A stretch of DNA of 64,000 bases from Azolla caroliniana (Eukaryota; Plantae; Polypodiophyta). Both the position numbers and the translations under genes were made by a program. The stretch spans positions 14,818,001 through 14,882,000 of the forward strand of contig JBHGNT010000009.1 of the NCBI GenBank assembly GCA_043228905.1. The letters are read 5' to 3'. Shown here one piece after another: positions 24,357-34,974 of the stretch (the stretch's first letter is position 1; every line of letters begins with the position of its first letter). The notes below the pieces were generated by a model that had not been told where the DNA came from, did not search any database, and saw only the letters and a list, made by a program, of their open reading frames with translations.

Positions 24357-27040
24357 ATGCAACAATTCATTTCCTTAAAACCTATTTCTTCATCTTCTGT
24401 GTCACCACAGACACAGAAGCGTTTTCGTGCTGAAAAGTTTTCTACCCTTCCTCACCATAGCCTAAAGCTTTCTTCTCTTTCACCACAGAACTCCGACCTT
24501 TCTCTCGAAGACAAAATAATGCCAATCCCTGTTTCTGATAACCTGCGCCAGTGGTTCACGAACAAGAATCTGCAGGGTTTCATCAAGGTTGCAGAGGCAG
24601 AGCCCCACCCTCATGTTGAAGAACTTCTGCAGCAGATCGATGTCTCCAAAATTACTAACAAACAGGTACGCCGAGTATTGGAATTAAAACGAGAAGGCTT
24701 TAATGTTGTCCAGAAAATGGACAAGGACATGCTCAGGTCGTATTTCAGAGAATATTCTCCCTCGGCCAAAGCTTTTCAAACACATGGAGGGGAGGACAAA
24801 TTTTTTCATGAAGTGGCCAAATTTTTGTTAGAAGTGGGATTTGTTAGTCCCCGATTTTACTGCATGCCCAAAAAGAGAGTCGGCTTCATAATTGTCACGT
24901 ACGAGGGCAAAGTTTTGGACTGGGGGTTGCTGTCGGCAGAAGCTCTGCGGGAGCAGTTGTATGGGGTGCAAACAAGGAAACCAATGAAGTCGATCTTTAC
25001 TCGCTGGTTATCGGTGCTTTTTCCGACACAGAGATCTGAAAACTGACAAGAAGAACAGAGGCCACCACAGCCACAACCAGCTTCTCGACCCCGACAACAG
25101 GTACAACGTGAGGAGTGGCAGGAAGCAGAATCAATGCAGGTCGATGCCACTCAACCAGAACCCGAACAACAAAAACCGGTACCCTCACCAGTTCAGGAGT
25201 CGACACAAAATCCCCAACCCGACTCCGTACCTATCCCACAACCAACCCTACAACCACCCCAACCTAATCAAGAATTGGCACCTGTTGAACCTGACCAACC
25301 GACACAATGACAACGTCAGGTAAAGCAAAGGGCTCGACGCTTTCCACAGGCTCAGCAAGAGGAACCTACACAGAAAAAGCAGAGAACAGAGGAGCAAGCC
25401 ACGCAGCCCACAGAAGTACCTCGTGTCAATCCAAACAACACAACCAAAATCCATAAAGGGCAGTCGTCGATAACAATGGTGCGGGAAGCAATTGCATTCT
25501 CCGACATCCCTCCAGCAACACATGAACTTGCCGCCATTCTACAATTCGGCACTTCTTATGAATTAGTAGAGTGGTCGGCCCATAGATTACAGGAGGTGTC
25601 GGAGAGAATGGCACAGGAACACCGAGATCAGATAATGATCCAGAAATCATTAAGTGGAGCTATCGAGCCGCAAGAGCAATAAGAGGTCAATCGGATCGGC
25701 CGACAGCGGAATGCGAAAAATAAGGGAGAAGCCATCCATATGGCACCATTGCATGAGGCTCTGGTAGAGGTACATAGAGAATATGTAAAGGCAAGCCGAG
25801 TAGCCAAGGATATGGCTGATTTGTATAAAATGGCAACAACAACATCGGAAATTTTGAATGCTTAATGCCCAAGTAAGCAAGCCGAAAACCAATAGTTGTC
25901 GAAACGACTCCAACAGACAGAAGAACAACTGCAGAAAACAAAGGAAGAACTGTTGCAACAGACTTCATCAAGCAGACCCTTAGAGTCTGATCCAGACCTG
26001 CAACAAAAATTACAACAAGCAGAAGCAGCACTGAAGGAAGCAGACGCCAAAGCTACGAAAGCTACGAAAGCCAAAACCCGATAAAAGAAAATAGAGGATA
26101 AGCTACAATAAGCAAAAACGGAAGTCGGCAAATGGGTAGATGCAAAGGACGATTTGATTCAAAGGTCGCGCCGATAGTTAGCACAACAACAAGAAACCAC
26201 ACACCAACACGCAGAACAGGTCGACGAGCTCGAAGATATGTCAAGTTCCAGGAGGCATACTTCGCGGAACAGCTGGTGGAAAAGGAAACTCTACTCAATC
26301 AACTGAATGAGAAATATGCTCAAGAGCAAGAGGAATGGACATCCGAGAAATCTAATTTAGAACAGTGGCGTGCAAACCTAGAAGCCATCTCTAAACAACG
26401 ACAACTCTACTTGTTGGTCGCTCAAGCACGGCTAATGCAGGCGAAAGGTGCAACCAATGCACAAATCACTGATTTACGGAAGCCATTGGCAAAAGCACAA
26501 TTCCAGATGACTATGGGAGAGGAAAAGATACGCACAATACTGAAACCCCACAAACTCAACACCTTGAAAATGGTAACCGAGTCAATGTATAAGGGCTGGA
26601 AGACCTAGTCGGCACAAGCAGCAGAACTTCAACTTCTACGAGCCGGTAGGGACAACATGAAGGCACAAGGACAAGGCTTCTTCAAAATGACGGAATAAGC
26701 AATATCAATTGTTCAAGAAGATATTACTAAAGATTTGTACGACATAGCAGCTTGTCACCATGAAGAAGTTAGTCGACTCATGCAGGAATTCGATAAACAT
26801 GAGATCGACATAACTGTTCAATTGGACGCCTTTGAAGCCGAAAGACAAAGCCAAATTCTAGGGCTCGGCGAACCAGAGCCAGTTGCACCACCACCACCAC
26901 GACCATCGACCGAGGATACACAACAACCTGCATATTCAAATGACGACGACAAGGAGAGCCAACAACACGAACCTTCCCTATTTGATATTTTGCAGGACGA
27001 CGCTGAAGATGAATTGGACGAGGACCTTCCTTCCGACTAG
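24357..27040 (+). pseudogene. Accessory coiled-coil ORF of element E, homologous to 3405-6416
   Basis: Shared blocks YFxEYSxxxKxxxTxGG, IIxTYEGxxxDW, LQLLRA and a C-terminal SxxDIL acidic tail; many stops and frameshifts. Confidence 0.8.
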
Positions 27041-27055
27041 TCGGCATAGAAGGGT

Positions 27056-27098
27056 GTCGTGGGTTCGTCAGGCAAGGCCCTGGCCCACAAACGTGCCA
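27056..27098 (+). promoter_or_regulatory. tRNA-Arg 3'-end mimic at the PPT position of element E
   Basis: GTCGTGGGTTCGT-caggcaaggccct-GGCCCACAAACGTGCCA ends 2 nt before the 3' LTR; no purine tract. Confidence 0.7.
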
Positions 27099-29800
27099 AG
27101 TGTTACCCAGACAAAGGGGCGGACAGACATAGTGGGGAAGCGTCAGAGTCGAAGTCAAAGTCAGATCGATGAGTCATCATTTTGCCAAATAATAGTTAAT
27201 ACCGAAAATTATAGTTAGTTACAAGTTTTGTAGTTCTTGCCGATAGGGCAATATGTATTTCTTGATGAGGAAGTCCTTAAGGTTGCCTATAAAAAAGGAA
27301 CCGAAGGCATTGTAAAATCTATCGTTTATCTTTAGTAATATAAGTTTAATTGTAGGAAATCTCGGTGTGCAACTGTTTCTTTTCTATTAATCTATTTCCA
27401 CCCTGCTATAACTGTATTACGTTAGTAACGATCTCGATGCCTATGTAACATTGATAGGATTACAGTAACTTAGCATCCATTCGCACAACCACAATTCGTT
27501 GATAGAACGTTTGGTACGAAACGTTTGAACTCTATTGTGTGTCGGCAACAGAGTCGGTTGTCGACCAAACAATAGGGTTCCATAGCCGGTAGCCGAAGTC
27601 CCCATCGGTTCTATTGAGCGGCAAGCCCAACTGGAGCCGGATCGGCTGAATAAGCCTGAGCCGGCAAGCGAGATGGATCGCTAAGCTGTGAGCTACCGAT
27701 CCGGCAAGCAACAGAGCCGGTTAGCCGGATCCAATCAGTAACCGGAAACCTAGTATTAGTGTAGACTACTAGGCAATTATAGTCTCGTAGTAAGTGTCAT
27801 ATGCTCGTGTGAGCATTGAAGTACACGGTACTTCTGTCAGTCCCACGAGGACTTGTATAAATGATGCTACTGAGCATAGTTGTATGTACAGAGTGTTTTT
27901 ATATTTTTTAATATAGCTTTGAGGTTCTGCTCTCTCTGTCTCTCCCGTGTACTCTGTATATTCCCTGCTTTCTCTGTTTTCTAACGCTTCCGCAAGTAAT
28001 CGTTTACATGGTATTAGAGCGCGAGGGTTGAGAACCTCTTGTGCAGCAGACAAAGGCTTGAAAGCAAACCCTAACAGGTCGTAAAACAGCAAACAAAGAA
28101 GTGATGATAAAGGGATGGCTAGCTCCCTCCCTGTGGAGAAAATCGACAGATCCAACTATGCATCTTGGTTGTATAAGATGCACCAGTACCTGCTTGGGCA
28201 TGGCTACTGGAGTTTCGTCGAAGGAGCCAACGAAACAGCACCTGATGCGGCACATAAGGACTTCCCAGTGTGGGAACAATCAGCAAGCAGAGTGATGTAC
28301 TACTTCGCGTCCAATGTCGGAGACCAGTTGCTGAGCCACATCCGAGACGCCAAGATGTTGAAGGAGGCTTGGGGAATCCTGAAGAAGGTTTTCGCCGCGA
28401 GCACTACAGCCCGGAAGCTGCAACTCCGACAGGAGTTAAGCAATGTCCGACAGAAGGACATGTCGGTGGCGGATTACACGACCCGGATCAAAGAGATCTG
28501 TGACTCGCTTGCCTCTATCAACGTTACCGTAGAGGAAGACAAGATGGTATAGGTCTGTCTTGGGGGCCTGGCATCTAAATTCAAAGCGTTCCGAATGGCG
28601 GTGTGTACAAGGGAGAATACACAGTCATTTTTCGACTTACAGTCGATGCCCCTTGTAGAGGAGAACCACGCCGGTGCGTCAACTAGTGCACCCACTGACA
28701 GCCAGATGCTGTACACGGAGGCGGATTGGTCCCGTGGGCATGGTGGACGAGGCGGGTTGGCACGCAATGGAGGCGGCCGGCAAGAGCAAGAACGAAGGCA
28801 CAAAGAACGTGCCGATAGCAGTTCCGGGACTTCCACAAGCAAGGGGAGTCAAGGCGGTGCCGGATGCCAGCAAGACAAATCTACAACGGAATGTTGGTAT
28901 TGTGGCAAAAAGGGCCACAGAGAAAGCGAGTGCTGGAGAAAACGAGCCGATTCTGACAAATCCGGATCCGGCAAGGCCGGCAAGGATGGCCGGCAAATCT
29001 CGCTCTACGCGAAGGGATCGGGAGGATCCAAGAATAGTAACGGGCCAGCCTTGGTGATGAAGCACGAGGTGAACTCGATGAAGAAGACCACTTCCGAATT
29101 GGAGGAAGTGTGGTATGTTGATTCTGGTGCGTCGAACCACATGACGAGCCACAAAGAGTGGTTCTCCTTCTTGGAGAAACCGGATCAACCAAGAGTAGTC
29201 CAAACCGGAGACGACACTCCTCACCCAATTGTGCACGTCGTAGAAGTCCCTCTGAGCCACATCAGACAGAAGGGGAAGCTGATGAACGTATTACACGTTC
29301 CGACAATCACGAAGAACCTGGTGTCGGTCGGACAAATCGTCGACCAGGGAATGTAGGTGCGGTCTACGCACCTCGGGTGCTTCATCGAGGAAGAGGGCCA
29401 GATTATTGCGCAAGGGCGCAAAGACGGGAGGATGTTTATCCTTGACACCAATGACGTTGGCACTGCTCTATTTACAAAAGGACAGAAGGTCGAATCGGAC
29501 ATCGACCTGTGGCACAAGCGAATAGGCCACGTCAATTATCGGAGGCTTCAAGACCTACAAACAAAACAAGTTGTTTTCGGTCTGCCGAAGTTCAGCGGCC
29601 AGAAGGCCCAAGTATGTGAAGCCTGCCAACATGGGAAGCAACACCGGCTTCCATTCCCTACCGAACGTAACCGGAGCCGTAACAAGCTCGACCTAATCCA
29701 TTCAAATGTGTGGGGACCGGCACAGAATGTTAGTCTTAGCGGGAGTCGATATTTTGTCTCCTTCATCGACGACTATACGCGGCACACATGGATCTACCTC

Positions 29801-30121
29801 ATTGAGCGGAAGAGTGAAGTCTTCGAGTGTTTCCGGAGTCTCCAAAGCATGGTGGAAAGGGAATCGGAGAGGAAGATCAAATGCCTGCGGTCGGATGGCG
29901 GGAAAGAATTGAGCGGAAGAGTGAAGTCTTCGAGTGTTTCCGGAGTCTCCAAAGCATGGTGGAAAGGGAATCGGAGAGGAAGATCAAATGCCTACGGTCG
30001 GATGGCGGGAAAGAATTGAGCGGAAGAGTGAAGTCTTCGAGTGTTTCCGGAGTCTCCAAAGCATGATGGAAAGGGAATCGGAGAGGAAGATCAAATGCCT
30101 GCGGTCGGATGGCGGGAAAGA
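29801..30121 (+). repeat. Tandem triplication of a 107-bp integrase segment
   Basis: Units start at 29801, 29908 and 30015 (ATTGAGCGGAAGAGTG...GGCGGGAAAGA). Confidence 0.95.
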
Positions 30122-30123
30122 AT

Positions 30124-31039
30124 TGTTGGGAGACAGGTCCCTCCGGATGGGAAACCGGATGAGGAGTACCCGGCTACGGAGAGCCGGATGATGCAGACCC
30201 GGTGAGAACCGGATGAGGAGTACCCGGCTACGGAGAGCCGGATGACGCAGACCCGATGAGAACCGGATGAGGAGTACCCGGCTACGGAGAGCCGGATGAC
30301 GCAGACCCGATGAGAACCGGATGAGGAGTACCCGGCTACGGAGAGCCGGATGACGCAAACCCGGTGAGAACCGGATGAGGAGTACCCGGCTACGGAGAGC
30401 CGGATGACGCAGACCCAGTGAGAGCCGGATGACGCAGAACCGGATGAGGAGTACCCGGCTACGGAGAGCCGGATGATGTAGACCCGGTGAGAACCGGATG
30501 AGGAGTACCCGGCTACGGAGAGCCGGATGACGCAGACCCGGTGAGAACCGGATGAGGAGTACCCGGCTACGGAGAGCCGGATGGCGCAGACCCGGTGAGG
30601 AATGCCGAAACCGGATGAAGAGACATATTCGTAAATATGTTTTCTGAGAGTCCATCGAGTATAAATATGACTTAGGGCAAACTTTTTTAGATATAGTTGT
30701 TATTCTTGTTGGTGCAAGGAGAGAGACAGTGTGTAACTGTGTACAGAGAGAGAGAGAGAGAAAGAGGTCGTTGCCTCCGTTGTAACCGCCGCCTGTGGCG
30801 AAGATCGTGAGCACGAGGTCGTTGCCTTCGTGAACTCACTGTTGTACATACTAACATAGTGATAGTTTGCAGCCTGTGGGCTGCCGTGGTTTTTTCCCTA
30901 GTTTGGGGTTTTCCACGTAAACATCCTGTGTACTCTTCTCCTCTTTGTGTCGTGCGTGTATTTCCCGTTTTTCTGTGCATGATTCTAAGGCTCGGTTGTG
31001 GCCAAGTGTTGCGCATAAGGAACGTTGAAGTTCCCGTCA
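30124..31039 (+). mobile_element. Solo LTR J (916 bp; related to the LTRs of A and I) in the integrase of F
   Basis: TGTTGG...GTCA termini; TSD AGAAT (30119-30123/31040-31044); shares TATAAxTATGACTTAGGGCAA and GGGTTTTCCACGTAAACATCCTGTGT with the A 5' LTR; host resumes GGKEYFSGQF. Confidence 0.92.
30152..30600 (+). repeat. 8 x 54-bp tandem array in the U3 region of solo LTR J
   Basis: GAGGAGTACC recurs at 30161, 30215, 30269, 30323, 30377, 30446, 30500, 30554 (one interval has a 15-bp addition). Confidence 0.95.
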
Positions 31040-34000
31040 AGAATACTTTTCCGGCCAATTCAACAGTTATCTGATGCAAACGAGAATTCGGTGAGAGTTC
31101 AGCTGCAGATATACACCGCAACAGAACGGTGTTGCCGAGAGAAAGAGTCGGTCGCTTATCGATGCGAAGAGGGCAATGCTGGAGGAGAAGAGCATGCCCA
31201 AATTCTACTGGGCGGAGGCAGTACGAACGGTTGTCTCCATCCAGAACCGGGTCGGTGACAAGGTGTCAGCTCACGAACTGTATTTCGAGCAAAAGTCGAA
31301 TTTGAGACACCTTAAGATCTTCAGTAGCATTGCATATGTGCATGTACCGGATGAGAAGCGTAGGAAGCTGGATGCAAAATCGGCCCGATGCCGGAGGATG
31401 AGGCTAGTCGGCCTAATCCGGTCCAGGTAGAGGATGATGAAGCGTGGACTCAGGATGAGAGTCCGGAATCGTTCCGGTTGAGCGGGCCAAACGAGAGACT
31501 GAGTCAATCTGACCAATCTGATGAGGAACCAGCGAGTAGTGGAGACTCTATCGTGCACTCCCCACGCAAGGAACCGAGGCGACGGTTCACGCGCAAAGAG
31601 AAGGGGAAGAAGAAGATGCCGGAATTCGAAACGAGCAACGATGAGTCGGATCAGTGTGCATCCGACTCCGGCAAGGAGAAAGGCGGATCTTCGGCAATGA
31701 AGACCGAACCGGCCAAGAAGGGCCTCAAACCGGGTAACGGTGAGTTACGCCGGTCCACCCGCCAAAAGGATCTCGTCAAGCGGTACGGGTACAATTAGTA
31801 CATGGCTCATCACTATGCGTACATGACTAAGGTGGCGGAGGTGCGTGAGCCGGAGAGCTACGCAAAAGCGGCCAAGGATGCAAATTGGCATGCCGCTATG
31901 GAGGAAGAAATGCGGGCACTAGATGTCAACGAGACATGGGAACTGGTTGACCCTCCTCGTCACTGTAAACCGATCGGATGCAAGTGGATATACAAGATAA
32001 AGTACAATGCCGACGGTTCTGTTAACCAGTATAAAGCCCGGTTAGTGGCGAAGGGATATGCGCAGACCCACGGAATCGACTACGACGAGACCTTCGCTCC
32101 TGTAGCGAAGATGACGACGGTTCGAGTGGTGCTGGCGGTTGCTACGGCAAGGGGGTGGCATCTTCACCAGATGAATGTGAAGAATGCGTTTCTTCAAGGT
32201 GATCTTGAAGAAGAAGTCTTTATGACTTAGCCCCCCGGCTTTGAATCGGAGATGAACAAGTCGGTGTTATGCCGGCTGAAGAAGTCGTTGTACGGCCTAA
32301 AGCAAGCTCCTCGAGCTTGGAATGCGAAGATCACGCACCGGTTGCGTAAGATGGGGTTTGTGGCCTCCAAATCGGACTCTTCATTGTTCATCCGGCAAGG
32401 CTCAGCTAGTCCGGTATGTATACTGTTGTATGTTGATGATCTAGTCATCACCGGACCGAGTGTTCCAGAAATCAACCGCGTCAAGTCCCAGTTGTCGGAC
32501 GCATTTGAGATGAAGGATCTAGGGTACCTTCATTATTTTCTAGGGATCGAGGTGATCCGAACACCGGACGGCATATTGCTCTCACAATGACATTACGTCT
32601 TGAATATGTTGTACAAGTTCGGCATGACAGAATGTCGACCTGTCTCCACACCCTTGGACCGGAACCAGAAGCTTCGTCCCAACTCCGGGCTGGCCTGCAA
32701 TGAGAAACAGTTCCGACAAATCATCAGAAGCCTTATTTACTTGACTATCACGTGACCCGACATCAGCTATCTAGTCGGAATGATAAGTCAATTCATGCAG
32801 AAGCCGACCATGCAGCACCTTCAGTGCACGCAAAGGATATTGAGGTATGTCAGCAGCACGAAGGACCAGGGACTGTTATACCGGCGCGGTACACACGAAG
32901 AGCTCGTCGGTTACACGGATGCCGACTGGGCTGGAGATGCATCAGATCGTCGATCAACCTCCGGTTACATGTTTTCCCTAGGTAGCGTGGTTGTTGCGTG
33001 GAGCAATAAAAAGCAGCCAACAGTTGCTCTGTCGAACACTGAGGCTGAGTATCAGGGCGCTACCATTGCCACATGTGAAGCCATTTGGCTTCGACGACTG
33101 CTATAAGAACTACAAATCGGGGTACCGACCCCGATTCTGGTCTACTGTGACAACATAAGCAGCATGCAACTCGCCAAGAACCCTGTATTCCATGCTTGCA
33201 CAAAGCACATAGAAGTGCACTATCACTTCGTGCGTGAGCGTGTCTCGAGCGGTGAGGTTGAACTTCGGTATGTTCACACGGATCGGCAAGTTGCCGACAT
33301 CTTCACCAAACCACTCGGATCGGACAAGTTGCAGCACTTCACCGAAATGCTTGGTGTTCAGCATCTCGACGTGCCACACTTGAGGGGGAGAACGGGCAAA
33401 GACACCGGAAAAGGCAAAGGCAAAGAGACTGCCGATTGCGCCGGTGAGGGAAGAATAGGGGGCGGCAGAGTCAAGAAGGACAGAGCCGACCAAAGGAAGA
33501 AGGCCAAGACCCGAACATGGTCCAATGTGGTGAAGGGCTTGGAACCAGAAGACGAATCGGGAGCAACCGATTCGGACAAGAGCTGGAAGGAATCGGAGAA
33601 AGTCGATTCGGTTCAAAAGACAGATTCGGAAGAACCGAATCAATTCAAGGCCAAGCAGACACGGATACAGCGGAAGTTGATGCCATTGCGGAGGAACCGA
33701 CGGATCGGCAAGCGCCGGAGTCATAGCAGCGAAGGAGCTGAGAGGGGCCTATTGAGCAGACATACCGACCGAGAAGGTCGAGGCACGCAGAACAAGAGGG
33801 GTCGCGACAAACAGAACCGGACTGGACGAGGAGCGCGAGCAAGGCGGAGCGACGCCAGGAGAAGTCGGTTGGAAGAACCGACTGCCACAGAGACTAACAC
33901 CAGGATCCCACCTCAAATTGAGCTTGAGGGGGAGTGTTGAGCGGCAAGCTCAACTGGCGCCGGATCGGCTGAATAAGCCTGAGCCGGCAAGCAAGACGGA

Positions 34001-34885
34001 TCGGTAAGCTGTGAGCAACCGAGCCGGCAAGCAACAGAGCCGGTGAGCTGGGGATCCGGTTAGCCGGATCCAATCAGTAACCGGAAGCCTAGTATTAGTG
34101 TAGACTACTAGGCAATTATAGTCTCATAGTAAGTGTCAGATGCTCGTGTGAGCATTGAAGTACGCGGTACTTCTATCAGTCCCACGAGGACTTGTATAAA
34201 TGATGCTACTGAGCATAGTTGTATGTACAGAGTGTTTTTATATTTTTGAATATAGCTTTGAGGTTCTGCTCTCTCTGTCTCTCCCGTGTACTCTGTATAT
34301 TCCCTGCTTTCTCTGTTTTCTAACGCTTCCGCAAGTAATCGTTTACAGGTTCCATAACTAAGAAATATGCACTTTGTTGCATGGGGTGCCAACTTCGTCC
34401 TTTTGTCCCTCGGGATGAACGCGTAGGCTTCGCATCCGAATATACGGAGCCTGTTGTAGGTCAGTTGTTTACCTAACCATAGGGCCTGTGGCACTTCCAG
34501 CCTGATTGCTCTTGACGGCGCCAGATTTATCAAGTACAATGTCGTTTGCAATGCCTCAGCCCAGAATTCTAGCTTTAGTCTGGCTTGTTGGAGCATTGTC
34601 GTCACCCTCTCTTGGATCGTTCTACCACTCCATTTTGCATGGGTGTGTACGGAACGGTCTTTTGGTGTCAAATCCCTTTTCCGGACATGTACTATTTGAA
34701 GGCTCTAGAGGTGTACTCACCTCCATTGTCGGATCGGAGTGTCTTCACTCTATATCCCGATCGGTTCTCCACTTCAAATATCCATCGAGTGAAGACCTCG
34801 AGCGTTTCATCCTTGGACTTGATGGAGTATGCCCAAACTTTCCGTGTACAGTCAATCATCTACGAATGTGATGAAGTACGGGGAG

Positions 34886-34974
34886 TGTTACGGGCATGCC
34901 CATATAATATCCACGTGCATAGAATACTACGGTAAATTCTCACCACGGGATATTATATGATCATGCCCGTAAGA
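34886..34974. mobile_element. 89-bp foldback mini-element inserted in the integrase of G
   Basis: ~31-bp imperfect TIR T(G/C)TTACGGGCATG..CATATAATATCC; 5-bp TSD GGGAG (34881-34885/34975-34979); removal restores SLGGSPYFITFVDD. Confidence 0.85.

Larger units (their letters stand above)
21257..27574 (+). mobile_element. Element E: Athila-like gypsy with gag and protease deleted, carrying an accessory ORF downstream of pol
   Basis: LTRs 21257-21758 and 27101-27574; TSD GGGTC/GGGTT; PBS TGGCACGCCCG at 21770-21780 fused directly to RT; no additional RNase H and no chromodomain visible. Confidence 0.9.
27612..34347 (+). mobile_element. Element F: Ty1/copia, degenerate but structurally complete
   Basis: LTRs 27612-28008 and 33935-34347; TSD GGTTC (27607-27611/34348-34352); PBS TGGTATTAGAGC at 28009-28020; PPT before 33935; gag from 28115, CWYCGKKGHRESEC, WYVDSGASNHM, LLYVDDL, GYTDADWAG. 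Confidence 0.95.

Noticed and set aside
27769-28155. Similar minus-strand ORFs at 27769-28155 and 34108-34671
   Set aside because: They are the two LTR copies of F read antisense; the second is fused by chance to G integrase.
30152-30600. Regular array resembling CRISPR, and the 276-aa repeat ORF 29984-30814
   Set aside because: Units are head-to-tail with no unique spacers, there are no cas genes and the context is a eukaryotic LTR. The ORF is a by-product of a 54-bp stop-free unit.
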